This document shows positions 30,625-41,756 of a stretch of DNA of 64,000 nucleotides, piece by piece; positions within the stretch are counted from its first letter, which is position 1; every line of letters begins with the position of its first letter. Both the position numbers and the translations under genes were made by a program. Origin of the DNA: an uncultured delta proteobacterium. Its GTDB lineage: Bacteria > Desulfobacterota > Syntrophorhabdia > Syntrophorhabdales > WCHB1-27. The stretch spans positions 256,001 through 320,000 of the forward strand of contig CAWEPK010000012.1 in NCBI GenBank assembly GCA_963810935.1, given 5' to 3'. The notes under the pieces were generated by a model. It had not been told where the DNA came from and made no database searches. It worked only from the letters and a program-made list of their open reading frames with translations.

Positions 30625-31833
30625 ATGAATATGGATGACAAAGAAAAAAAGAGCCGCAACCGTGGCGCCGGGCCGAAGCTCCGGCCGGAAGAGATAGAAG
30701 GGAGCGCATCGGGCCACGACATAGGGGCGGCCCTTTTCGGAAACGAGGAGCTTTACCGCGCCGTTGTGGAGAGCGTAGCGGACGGCATCGCTATCACGGT
30801 GCAGGCGGGAAGGGTCTTTGTCAATAAGGCCTTCCTCGCGATCCACGGCCTGCGCGACGCATCGGACGTGGTGGGCCACCCCATGGACCAGTTCGTCATC
30901 CCGGAAGACCGGGAGGTCATGAGGCAGCGCACGCTCGCGAGGATGCGCGGCGAGTCGCATAAAAGCATCGTCGAGTACAGGGTAGCAAGGCCCGACGGAG
31001 AGATCAGGACCATTCAGGCGTCCGTAGCCAACACGACTTACAACGGCGAGCCCGCCGTGCTCGCGGTCCTGCGCGACATCACGGCGGTGAAAGAGGCGGA
31101 AATGGAGATCGTGCGCCTCAACCGGGAGCTGGAGCAAAGGCTGCTCGACCTCAAGAACGCCAATGACACGCTCGAGACGTTCAACGCCACCGTCTCCCAC
31201 GACCTCCGCACACCCCTCATGGCCATAAGCGGCTTTTCCGAGCTGGTCGCAAAGAAATACGGCGCGGGGCTCGACGAGAAGTTCACCGAGCAGATGGGCA
31301 TGATACGCACGGGCGCCGCCAAGATGGAGCAGCTTATCGAGGACCTGCTGGCCTATTCGAGGCTCGGGAAACGGGCGCTGCAGCGTTTGCCGATACGGAT
31401 GGACGCGCTCGTTAACTCCGTCGTCTCCGAGCTGAGGACTATCTATCCCGGCGGAGAAGTGCGCATCTCCCCCGTCGCCCCCTGCACCGGCGACGAAGTC
31501 ATGATACGCCAGGTATTCACGAACCTACTTGCGAACGCCTTCAAGTTCACCAGCCACCGGGACAACAGGATAATAGAGATAGGCTGCAAGGAGGAGGCGA
31601 ACGAGAACGTCTACTTCGTCAAAGACAACGGCGCAGGCTTCGACATGCGCCACAAAGACCGCTTGTTCCAGGCGTTCCAGAGGCTGCACGCCCAGGAAGA
31701 GTTCAAAGGCACCGGCATGGGCCTGACCATAGTAAAAAGGATAGTCGGCCTACACGGCGGCCGCGTATGGGCCGAAGGCGAGCCCGACAAAGGCGCGACG
31801 TTCTACGTGGCATTGCCGAAACAGGCAGGGTAG
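30625..31833 (+). CDS. PAS sensor histidine kinase
   Basis: VSHDLRTPL, NLLANAFKF, DNGAGF and GTGMGL motifs. Confidence 0.92.
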   Translation: MNMDDKEKKSRNRGAGPKLRPEEIEGSASGHDIGAALFGNEELYRAVVESVADGIAITVQAGRVFVNKAFLAIHGLRDASDVVGHPMDQFVIPEDREVMRQRTLARMRGESHKSIVEYRVARPDGEIRTIQASVANTTYNGEPAVLAVLRDITAVKEAEMEIVRLNRELEQRLLDLKNANDTLETFNATVSHDLRTPLMAISGFSELVAKKYGAGLDEKFTEQMGMIRTGAAKMEQLIEDLLAYSRLGKRALQRLPIRMDALVNSVVSELRTIYPGGEVRISPVAPCTGDEVMIRQVFTNLLANAFKFTSHRDNRIIEIGCKEEANENVYFVKDNGAGFDMRHKDRLFQAFQRLHAQEEFKGTGMGLTIVKRIVGLHGGRVWAEGEPDKGATFYVALPKQAG

Positions 31834-32099
31834 GATAAAGAACGGCTGATCGGGAAGGAAAGAATAAGGTAAGGTATTCTTCCTGAAAGAAAGTGGTTTA
31901 ATGTTTTTCTTGCGGTACAACATTACTCGTGGATATAATTAACCTATGCGGTGGGAGCGGAGAATGCGAGCACATACCGAACAATAGGTTGTCCCCTTTT
32001 TCTTTCGGGGGGACCAGTTATTTACTTCATTGATTACTCGTGCCCGATTCGAGGAGCAAGACTGACGCGACCGCTGACACTTGCAACGAAGGGGACCGT

Positions 32100-33080
32100 A
32101 TGCAGCAATTTGGAGTTCTGAAGAAGGTCAATATAAGGGATATTTGGAAAAATGAGGCAACAGAATTCACAGTTTGGCTGTGCGACAATTTGCAGGCCCT
32201 AGGCACCAGCTTGGAGATGGAATTGGAGTTGGAAAAGAGAGAAGCAGACGTGGGGGATTTTTCCCTTAGAATACTCGCTCGGGACATCAGTCGTAACCGT
32301 CTTGTCGTCATTGAGAATCAATTTGGGAGAACTGACCACAGACATTTGGGACAACTTCTGACGTATGCGGCCGGGTTCGACTCCTCTGCCTTATTTGGAT
32401 CGCGGAGGGATTCAGGGAGGAGCACCGGCAGACTTTAGATTGGTTGAATCAAAACACGACCGAAAGTATCGACTTTTACGGAGTCGTAATAGAGGCTGCT
32501 GCAAATCGACGATTCGAGACCTGTTCCCAACTTCAAATTGGTGGCGTTTCCCAATCAGTGGCGTAAATCCATTGCGCCCACAGCGCAACCGACAAAACGA
32601 GGAGAGGCTTATCGCTCTTATTTTCAGAACTTAATCGATGCCTTAAGGGCAAAACGATTCACTTCCGCTCAAAAAGGACAACCCCAGAGCTGGTATTCGT
32701 TCTCTTCGGGCATGCCGGGAATTGTATACGGTAACAGCTTTGCCCAAGGTGGACGCGTTCGGGCAGAGATTTATATAGACAGAGGGGACACTGAGCTAAA
32801 TAAACGCTTATTCGACAAACTCTTTGAGGATAGACATAATCTGGAAAAGGAGTTTGGAGAACCCCTTGAATGGGAGAGGCTTGACGGCAAACGGGCTTCC
32901 AGAATCGTGATCTACAGGCCAGGGAGCATCGAGGATGGCCCAAGGTCACTGGAAGAGATACGCGACTGGTCTATAGAAAAGTTGTTCAAATTAAGAAAAG
33001 TGTTCGCAAAGAAAGTTGAAGCGCTATTGGCCCAGGTGGGAGGCAATGACGGCGGCATAGGGGCGAACTCCGAGCAGTAA
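32100..33080 (+). CDS. DUF4268-domain protein with N-terminal PD-(D/E)xK (NucS-like) nuclease; two frameshifts
   Basis: [37 protein letters not shown] and [14 protein letters not shown] motifs. Confidence 0.8.
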
Positions 33081-33371
33081 GCTTGATGGTAAGAAAGCAT
33101 AGAGGGCTCTGGGCCTAAGGAAAGCCCGTTGGACTAAACGCCCAACGATTTGAATGACCCAGATGTTGCCCGTCTCACGTTCCTTTCCTGCATTAAGTGA
33201 TTCAGACCTTTCTGGGACCGTAGCGGCTTTCGGCTGGCAATGTTAACCCCACCTCCCGCACAATGGATAACAAGCCTATCAGTTGAACGTGGTACCCTGC
33301 TGCCTCTTTTGTCAGGAGCTAACCCCACCCGTCACAAGTCACGTCAGAACGTTACGGCCCCGAGGCCCTTC

Positions 33372-35550
33372 TTAATCCTCGCTGACATCGGACTTGCTCA
33401 ACGCCTCACTGGCTTTTTTCTTTTCTTCCACATAATCTAGCTTGATTATGATCGGTCGCTCGCTCTTGATAGCCTTGCCGTAAGCGATAGCTTCGAGAAA
33501 GCGGAGGTTAGGGATGCTTTGCACGTGCCCCGAACTGTACACGTTGCCTAGGTAATTAGGCTCGTCTTGTCGAACAACGAGAAGGTTATGCACGTATTGC
33601 ATTGCGATAGAATCGACTTACTGACAAGAGCGGTACGCTGCGAGACAATTAGAAGGCCAACACCATACTTTCGGCCTTGAAGGGCAATTTGTGATATTCG
33701 ACCTACTATCCATTGCGTGTCGTTGTCAAAACCCGCCCCCATAGTCTCAGGAATTATGGTGTGTGCTTCTTCGAGGACGATTAACACTCTTCGTGCACGC
33801 CTGTTGTTGCGTGCCCACTCCATGATGCTTGAAAGGTATAGTTCGGTCGCCCTCAGGGTTGCCTTTGTGTTTGTGATCTCCGGTAACTCGAAAATTCCCA
33901 AAGATGGCCCAGACTGCAGACAAAAAAACGTTGACCTTTTCTCTGATAGGTTTCCTGATGCTGTCAACAAAAACCTTAAGGTTCTTCTTCTCCTCGGGCG
34001 CTCCGTACGGCGTTGTGTCGACGGCAAAGAGCTTCCGATCGTAGTTCTTCGGCCTGTTTCTGGTCCAATCCTAAAAGCTGGGGGTTGGCGTCTGATAGCC
34101 TTGCCTTGTACTCGCCGGTGAAATCAACACAAAAGACCTTAGTCCCAAGCGATAAACCCTTACGGATTATATCAAACGCAAGCTCCGTCTTCCCGGTGCC
34201 GGTCACGCCTAATATCGCCGTGTGGTATTCCAGCAGGTCGAAGAAGTTAGCCCTGACGGCAATCTCAGAGCTTGGGACTTTGCCTATCACAAACTCATCT
34301 TCCCTTGTGGCTGTATATTTGTATTCGACTGGCGTTGTGGGGACAAAGACGGGGCAGTTCATCGCGGGCAACCAGCCGTATTTCGCGAAGCCCTTTTCAG
34401 CGTGGAGGCACCCTAGCTGAGCGGCCGTAACGATATGCTTCCCCCTCGGGTTTCTGCCGAAGCTCTCTTCCGCTGTTCTTGCGTCCAGTATTTGGTAGAA
34501 CACCGTTTGATCGCCCTGCCGACAAAATGATAGCATGCCTTCTTCTATCTTCATGTCCGAGGAAACCTCGAACTTGATAGCCGAGATATTGGAGTCTTCG
34601 ACGACAAAACCAAGGAGATGTGCCCCGCTGTCGAGCCCGCTCAACTCCTTCAAAATGCCCGTACAGTCCGTGCAGTTTTCCCCTAGATATACCGTTCCAG
34701 GCGTTAGACCGTCTACGGGCGTATTCGCTTCCTTACGGCATAAGGCAGTACCCACAGGTTGGTCTTCCTCAAGATGGCTGAACAGACAGAGAGCCTCAAC
34801 CTGTCTGCCGTCAGGCAGACACACTAAAGACACCGTGTTTGGTTGCCAGTTCTCGGGCGACGTCAACGCCACTCGAATGATATTCGGGTTATCCACGCGT
34901 GTGATAGTCCCGAGCACCGCATGAAGGTTCACAGTACGGGAGGTAAGCCTTAGCTCTCGAACTATGCGGAAGACAAGCTCCACAGGCCTCACCGCCACCA
35001 TCAAAACCCACGCGAAAAGGAGCCACAACTGTTGCATAGGGGCGTGCTGATAATATCCGAGGATGCTTACTAAAGCAGGGGGCGTAAAGACTATCTCTCC
35101 CTTTCCGAGCGTGTCGCTGATCCTGTAGCCTAGGACTGCTGTTTGCTTCTTGATGGGGTGCTGACTGGGGTCTAGATCAACAAGGCCCATTGCTGTGATA
35201 GCGCAGATCGAAGTGACTATGTCTATCCCGATAATAATCCAGCGAAAGATGTTTAGCGGCTCCTGGAGCAGCGCGACACCTGCCAAATCCAAGGTGCTGA
35301 AAAGAAGAGCCGAAGTGACCGCATTCACTAAGGCGTTACGAGGCGGGCGAAACCAAGGGGCAGTTAACTGAGTCAGAAAGAAGAATCCAATGCCACTGAG
35401 GAACCATAGCCGTTTGCCGGAGGTCGAAGGAAACCATTCACCCGTAACGCATATGCTCAACAGAACAAGAATGCCCGCGTACAGGAAGAGGGCAGATAGA
35501 CGTTCCTTTTGTGTCGGATATGCCGTGCCCTTGTAATCGTCATCCGGCAT
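33372..35550 (-). CDS. HerA/DUF87-family ATPase with N-terminal multi-pass membrane domain; two frameshifts
   Basis: HTAILGVTGTGKT (Walker A), LIVLEEAH (Walker B), GRKYGVGLLIVSQR; about 6 N-terminal hydrophobic segments. Confidence 0.8.
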
Positions 35551-35850
35551 AGTGATCGCTCACGCAAAGACTGGCGGCTGGAAGTGCAAAAGTAACATCC
35601 GCAGCTCGGTGTCCGAGCAGCCAAAGACTCTATACCGTTATACAACTTTAAGTTCTCATGGTCAAGAACGAATACAATCGTTGAAGGATGGTTTGGCGGG
35701 ATTACATTGCTCATGGTAATGAGCGGTTCAAAGGCATTAGACTCGGCGCCGGATTTGCAGACATTGTCATTACCCTATCCGCCTTGCTCATCCGATGTCC
35801 TCATATCAATAATTTTGCAACCCTGTACAGACTATGTAGCTGCCTTTTTC

Positions 35851-35914
35851 GCGGCCGGAGGGATTTTTGGATTTCCCCGGGACGGGGGAAAGGCGCGAAA
35901 ATAGCCCGGCCGCA
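35851..35914 (+). repeat. Family A repeat, internally deleted (ends only)
   Basis: 3' 30 nt identical to 36805-36834; central GTAC core absent. Confidence 0.8.
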
Positions 35915-35996
35915 TCGCTTCCGCTGATATTGACTTATCACCGAAGATACCTACCTTAGCCCCAGAAGCTTACGGCAAAAGCAAAGGAGGGCAATA

Positions 35997-36696
35997 ATGA
36001 AAATTCTAATGGTTCTGACGTCACATGATCGATTGGGCAACACCGGCCGCAAGACCGGCTTTTGGCTGGAGGAATTCGCGGCGCCCTACTATGTATTCCG
36101 TGATGCCGGTGTGGACATCACACTGGCCTCGCCTAAAGGGTGGGCAGCCGCCGATCGATCCGAAGAGCGACTTGCCCGAGGAGCAGACTCCTGCGATGAC
36201 ACGGTTCAAGCAGGACGCGGAAGCGCAAAAGGCCCTGTCCCGGACACTCAAGCTGTCCCATATGAAGTCGGAGGATTTTGACACCATATTCTACGTGGGC
36301 GGCCACGGTCCGATGTGGGACCTCGTAGACAACCCCGACTCCATCGCCTTGATCGAGTCTTTCTACAACTCAGGGAAGCCCGTCGCCGCGGTCTGCCATT
36401 CACCGGCCGTGTTCCATCGGGTGATGTACAAGGGCGCTCCGCTCATAAAGGGCAAGCGGGTAACCGGCTTCACCAACGGAGAAGAAGAGGCGGTCCACCT
36501 CACCAATGTCGTGCCCTTCCTTGTCGAGGACGAGCTGAAGAAGGTCGGCGGCCTCTATGAGAAGGCGGCCGATTGGGAGAGCTTTGCAATCGTGGACGGC
36601 CGCATCGTCACGGGGCAGAACCCTGCCTCGTCCACGGCCGCAGCTAAGGCCCTCATGAGTGTAGTCGCCGAGAAGAAGAAGGAGAAGGCTGCTTAG
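35997..36696 (+). CDS. DJ-1/PfpI (type 1 glutamine amidotransferase-like) protein; frameshift near 36137
   Basis: TGFWLEEFAAPYY, GGHGPMWDL, AVCH and TGQNPASS motifs. Confidence 0.9.
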
Positions 36697-36707
36697 TTAT
36701 AACAGTT

Positions 36708-36834
36708 CCGGCCGGAGAGATTTTCGACGAATTTCCCCGTGATCGAGAGGCCGCCGCCCGGAGCGTACATTTGAGTACGTGAGGACGCGCGGACCCGAGA
36801 GACAGGGGAAAGGCGCGAAAATAGCCCGGCCGCA
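36708..36834 (+). repeat. Intergenic repeat family A copy
   Basis: CGGCCGG...GGAGCGTACATTTGAGTACGTGAGGACG...CCCGGCCG. Confidence 0.85.
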
Positions 36835-36925
36835 GGTTGACAATTCCGATGCCCGGCCCCATATAATTCTCTAGGGGCCGGGCGCGTCTATTTCTGTCCG
36901 TCTATTCAAACAGGGGTCGAATTAA

Positions 36926-38261
36926 ATGAGGCAAATCACGGTGGGCATGGAGCTGCGGTCGTATCTCGCCTTCCTTCCCGGTACGCGCTTCCTCTTCGGG
37001 AAGTTTGCGAGGAGCGTCCTCACCCTCGTAACAGGCACCACGGTCTCCCAGGTCCTGCCGGTGCTTATCGCCCCCTTCCTCACGCGGATGTACGCGCCGG
37101 ACGCTTTCGGCATATTCTCGGTCTACGCGGCCTGGTGCCTGATTATCGGCGCAGGCGCGACCGGGCGCTACGAGTCTGGCGATCATGCTCCCCGAAGAAG
37201 ACGAGGAGGCGATCAATCTTGCCTTCCTTTCGGCCCTCATCGCCTTGATCGTAAGCGCCGCGTGTCTGGCCTGCATCCTCCTGTCGGGGCCGGTGCTGCA
37301 TAAGTTCTTCGGCATGGGGCATATTCCCGTGTGGCTCTACCTCGTACCGATGACTGCGGCCATCGCGTCTTTGCGGACCGCTGCGACGTACTGGCTCAAC
37401 CGGCGGCGCGAATTCCGCGTGATAGCGGCCAACCGCGTCGGCCAGTCCGGGACAAGCGCTTGCGGGCAGCTCGGCTTTGCCTTCCTCCCTTGGGGCGGCG
37501 GCGGGTTGATCGCGGGCAACATCCTCGGCAACGCTGCCTCCACCTTTTCGCTGTGCCGGCGCATCTGGAAGGAAGAGAAAGGAAAGAAGTACTCGGTCTG
37601 CCGGGCAAGCCTCCTGAAAGCGGCGGGCCGGTACAGGAAGTTCCCGCAGTTCTCGGTGGCCGGCGGACTGCTCAACACGATCTCTTTGCAGATGCCCGCA
37701 ATCCTGCTGGCCTGGCTCTACAGCCCTGTCGTCCTGGGGTATTACGCCATTGTCGACAGGATCCTCTGCCTGCCGACCACTCTCATCTCCACCGCGATAG
37801 CGGACGTCTTCAGGCAACGGGCCAGCGACGAATACCGGCGCAACAACGGCTGCCGCGGGCTGCTCTTACGCTCTACCCTTTCACTCCTTTTGTTCGGCCT
37901 GCCGCCCTTCTGCCTTGTCGCCGCTTTCGGCCCGTCAGCGTTTGCCTTCGTCTTCGGCGAAACCTGGCGCGACGCCGGCGTTTATGCGCGCCTCCTGGCC
38001 GTCATGTTCCTCTTCCGCTTTGCCTTCGCGCCGATGTCGGGGACGGTGATCCAGATAACAGAGCGCCTCGAGATAGATACCATCTGGCAATCGGTGCTGC
38101 TCGTCCTTTCATTCCTGTCGATCTTCGTGGGCTACTATTATTTCCACAGCGTCTACGCAAGCCTTACCCTGTATGCGGCCGTCTATGCGGTCATGTACAT
38201 CGCGGGTTTCGTGCCTGCGCTGGTCCTCTCCGGCCGCCCGGCCGGCCGCCAGAACGGTTGA
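36926..38261 (+). CDS. Wzx-like oligosaccharide flippase (frameshift near 37176)
   Basis: GTTVSQVLPVLIAPFLTRMYAPDAFG, YRKFP; many TM segments. Confidence 0.82.
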
Positions 38262-38395
38262 CAATTATGCCTGCCATACCTACCTTTTGCCTTAGGGCGT
38301 TAACCGTGGGTCGGGGCATGGGTACATACTGCACAAGCTCAAAAGCTCTCTTTCCCTTCTATTGAAAGGGTATCCCTGCCTCTTTCCTATGCGAG

Positions 38396-39121
38396 ATGAA
38401 AAGGCAGATATGGTCGGACGTCGAGAGCTACGCACTGCGCAGGGACTTGAGCGTGCCTCATCCCGCGCCTCCCGCGTCGATACCGATCGCAGTCAGGCCC
38501 TTTGCGGCGGACGATGCGAAATACTTTGCAGGGCCTACGGGGTTCCTGCGCAGGCTGACGATAACGCGGACGGACCGGGCGTCGCGGAGCACGTTCATTG
38601 AAGCGGGCATCCCTTCGGCTTACGTGGCGGTGACGGAAGACGGGACGCCCTGTTTCATACAGTGGCTTATCGCGCCGTCGGCAGGCGTTAAGGCGGAGAC
38701 ATATAGGAACGAGTATCCTCCCCCTCTATCGGACGACGAGGCCATAATGGAGAACGCCTTCGTCCCGAAGGGCCACCGGGGCAAGAAAATCATGGCGTGC
38801 GCCATGGCGCAGGTGGCAGAAAAAGGGAGGGAGACGGGCTGCCGATGGGCCACCACCAACGTCGAGGCGTGGAACATAGCCTCCCTTCGCGGGTGCCTGG
38901 CTGCCGGCTTCCATCCTTACGCCTTCAGGAGAATCACGTGGCGGGCATTCAGGCGTGAATACAGTTTTGCCTGGCTGAAGGAATGGCAGTGCAGGAAACT
39001 GGAATCCTTATGGCGGCGGGGACTCCTGTCGGAAAAGGGACCGAACGTAGGTAAAAACACCGCATGGCGGGCGGGAGCCGAAAGCGGGGTGCGCGAGTCT
39101 GCCGCCGGGGGCGGGAGATGA
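38396..39121 (+). CDS. GNAT-family acetyltransferase-like protein
   Basis: FVPKGHRGKKI and NIASLRGCLAAGF motifs. Confidence 0.7.
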   Translation: MKRQIWSDVESYALRRDLSVPHPAPPASIPIAVRPFAADDAKYFAGPTGFLRRLTITRTDRASRSTFIEAGIPSAYVAVTEDGTPCFIQWLIAPSAGVKAETYRNEYPPPLSDDEAIMENAFVPKGHRGKKIMACAMAQVAEKGRETGCRWATTNVEAWNIASLRGCLAAGFHPYAFRRITWRAFRREYSFAWLKEWQCRKLESLWRRGLLSEKGPNVGKNTAWRAGAESGVRESAAGGGR

Positions 39122-39750
39122 GGGCGGAACATCTCCTTCAGCGGCTCGTGGGAAAACTGACCGGCCCGGGGTTCGAGGACGGGGCAAAGAGGAAACGGCT
39201 CGCATCTTCCTATGCCAAAGGCAAAATTCTCGACATCGGGATGTCCGAGAACCCCAATGAATACCTGACCGGGGCGCAGGTGACGGGCCTCGACGTGACG
39301 CGCCCTGCCGCGATGCCCGCGAATTACTCAAGGTTCGTCCAGGGGGATTGCACGCAACTTAGCGCAACCCTCGGCGGCGAGACGTTCGATACGATAATCG
39401 CCCTTGAAGTGATCGAGCACCTGCCCGACTGGGTGGAGTTCTTCAGGCAGGCCCACCGGTCCCTCCGCAGCGACGGCAGGCTGATCGTCTCCACCCCCTG
39501 CCCGGTGCTTTGGCGGACGGTCCTCGGGAACGCCCTATTCCCGAAAGGCGTATCGATGGAAGGCGGCGGCACCGGCGGAAAGATCGCATGCAAGCCGTAT
39601 TACGGCCACGTCGTATTGCACCAGCCCCGTATCCTCAACGCCGTAGCCGCAGAGCTTGGCTTCAGGCTCCTCGAAATACGCAACTCCTCCCGATCCTCTT
39701 CCCTTCCGTTCTTTCAAAAAAATATGCTGTACGTGTACGCGCGAAATTAA
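39118..39750 (+). CDS. Class I SAM-dependent methyltransferase
   Basis: ILDIG, FDTIIALEVIEHL and GRLIVSTP motifs. Confidence 0.85.
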   Translation: MRAEHLLQRLVGKLTGPGFEDGAKRKRLASSYAKGKILDIGMSENPNEYLTGAQVTGLDVTRPAAMPANYSRFVQGDCTQLSATLGGETFDTIIALEVIEHLPDWVEFFRQAHRSLRSDGRLIVSTPCPVLWRTVLGNALFPKGVSMEGGGTGGKIACKPYYGHVVLHQPRILNAVAAELGFRLLEIRNSSRSSSLPFFQKNMLYVYARN

Positions 39751-39839
39751 AGCCGTTAGGCGCGGTCCCTCTTTCCCCCTTGGTTTTACGGCCGATTTCT
39801 GCTAACTTACAGTGGTCAAGATTTATTCAAGGAGGCGCC

Positions 39840-41006
39840 ATGAGCGGCTACCATAAGAGGGACCTCGATAACTTTCCCATGCACTCCATAAAGAGGGTTG
39901 ACCGCCCCACGACCGGCATCATCGATAACGCGGTAAAGAGGGTCGATGAGCGGGACAGCGGCTTCAACAAAGCCGCCCTCGGCGTCTACGGCCCCGTACT
40001 TGCGAGGGAAAGGAACCGCTTCGTGATGAAGCATCCCCTTTCCGGCGCGCTGGGGAACATGCAGGTGTTCCTGCGCAAAATCGTCGACGGAGTGGCGGCC
40101 GCCCAGCAGGCGCCCTTGCCCGAGGACCCGGAAGTCATCGCAAAGCATATCAAGGAGACGGCCTATTTTCTGAGGGCCGACGCAGTCGGCATTTGCAAGC
40201 TGCCGCCTTATGCAGTTTACTCGAAAAGCTTCCCGCACGGCGAGCCCGTCGAATTAACGCACAAGTACGCCATAGCGATACTGATCGACCAGGACTGGCG
40301 GACCTCAATGGCGACGAACGGCCACAACTGGATCAGCAACTCCATGAGTTTCATGGCCTATTCGGCCTCCGGGTTCATCGCCTGCATCCTTGCCGATTAT
40401 ATCCGCAGGCTCGGATACCCGGCCAGGGCGCACCACGCCCGCAACTACCAGGTGGTCGTCCCGCCTATCCTGCTCTGGGCTGGGCTCGGCGAGATGAGCC
40501 GCATCGGGGACTGCGTGCTCCATCCATTCATGGGGCCGAGGTTCAAAGCGGCAGTCGTTACTACGGACCTGCCGATGGCGGTGGACAAGCCCATCGAGTT
40601 CGGCGTCCAGGACTTTTGCTCGAAGTGCAAGAAATGCGCGCGGGCATGCCCTTCGGGCGCGTTGAGCGACGGCGGCAAGGAGATGTACAACGGCTACGAG
40701 CGCTGGCCGAGCGACATACGCAAATGCACCACGATGCGGGTAGGCAACCAGCGCGGCTCCGGCTGCGGCACCTGCATCAAGGCCTGCCCCTGGAACAAGC
40801 CTTACACACCCCTCCACAGGGCGGTAGGCTGGGCGGTGAGACATTCCGATATCGCGAGGAGCATGGCCATCCTCGGCGACGGCCTGATGGGCTACGGCAA
40901 GCCCCACCCGGACGAGCAATGGTGGCTCGACCTCGAAGAGGTGGACGGCGTAGTGCAGTCGCCCCGTAAGCACAAGGGGAAGCACCTCTGGTCCGCCGAC
41001 GACTAG
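39840..41006 (+). CDS. Reductive dehalogenase-family cobalamin/2x[4Fe-4S] protein, no TAT signal
   Basis: GYPARAH, AGLGEMSRIG, GPRFK, CSKCKKCARACP and CGTCIKACPWN motifs; AAGGAGG RBS. Confidence 0.85.
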   Translation: MSGYHKRDLDNFPMHSIKRVDRPTTGIIDNAVKRVDERDSGFNKAALGVYGPVLARERNRFVMKHPLSGALGNMQVFLRKIVDGVAAAQQAPLPEDPEVIAKHIKETAYFLRADAVGICKLPPYAVYSKSFPHGEPVELTHKYAIAILIDQDWRTSMATNGHNWISNSMSFMAYSASGFIACILADYIRRLGYPARAHHARNYQVVVPPILLWAGLGEMSRIGDCVLHPFMGPRFKAAVVTTDLPMAVDKPIEFGVQDFCSKCKKCARACPSGALSDGGKEMYNGYERWPSDIRKCTTMRVGNQRGSGCGTCIKACPWNKPYTPLHRAVGWAVRHSDIARSMAILGDGLMGYGKPHPDEQWWLDLEEVDGVVQSPRKHKGKHLWSADD

Positions 41007-41111
41007 TGCGGGCAACTGCAAGCGTCGCCTTGAAAGCTAAATAGCGAAATGGTAGATTATGCCTATGCACCTGCAAGGAAATAGGCGGGTCAGGCCGGAC
41101 CGGAGGTTGCC

Positions 41112-41756
41112 ATGAATGATCTCGGCAAGCTGGTCGGGGCGCTTCTCGACGGCGATACGGCCGTTTCCCTGGCCGAAGCAGGAGCCCTCAGGCGCGCAGG
41201 CGTGAGCGTCGAGCGCATCGTGACCGAAGGCGTCGAGTCCGCAATGCAATCCCTGGACGGCAAGTGCACCCTTGAACAGTTCAACCTCCTTGAGATCATG
41301 CTCGTCGGACGGGCGGTAACGGGGGTGATGAAATCCCTCTTTCCCGAGGGCATTCCGTCGACCGGCGCAGGCACCGTTGTCATCGCCGCCCTCGAAGGAG
41401 ACATCCACGACCTGGGCAAGAACATCCTGAAGATGGTCCTCACCGGCAACGGATATCGTGTCGCCGACTGCGGCAAAGACTGTCCCCTCGAAAGACTCCT
41501 CGACGCCGCCGAAAAAGAGATGCCCCTCGCCGTGGGGGTGAGCGGCCTTATCACGCCCGTCGTCCCTCTCGTCCGCCGCCTGCGTCCCCTCCTGAAGGAG
41601 CGCGGACTCGGACACATCAAGGTGATGGCCGGAGGGGCCGCCCTCAAGCAGTCCTCGGCGGAAGGATTGAATGTTGACTACGTCGCGGAATCCGCCTTCG
41701 ATGGGGCCCGATACATCGCGGGTATTGCGGGGAGGCCCGGCAATGAACAGCCTTGA
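41112..41756 (+). CDS. Corrinoid (B12-binding) methyl-carrier protein
   Basis: DIHDLGKN (DxHxxG), SGL and AGGA motifs. Confidence 0.92.
   Translation: MNDLGKLVGALLDGDTAVSLAEAGALRRAGVSVERIVTEGVESAMQSLDGKCTLEQFNLLEIMLVGRAVTGVMKSLFPEGIPSTGAGTVVIAALEGDIHDLGKNILKMVLTGNGYRVADCGKDCPLERLLDAAEKEMPLAVGVSGLITPVVPLVRRLRPLLKERGLGHIKVMAGGAALKQSSAEGLNVDYVAESAFDGARYIAGIAGRPGNEQP

Noticed and set aside
33100..33370. Non-coding gap between DUF4268 and HerA as a group II intron or ncRNA remnant
   Set aside because: No domain V consensus or convincing fold could be identified by eye.
36837..36885. TTGACA-N19-TATAAT with an inverted repeat as a MerR-type promoter
   Set aside because: The dyad flanks the -10 instead of lying in the spacer, and no MerR gene is nearby; it may be a plain promoter or terminator.
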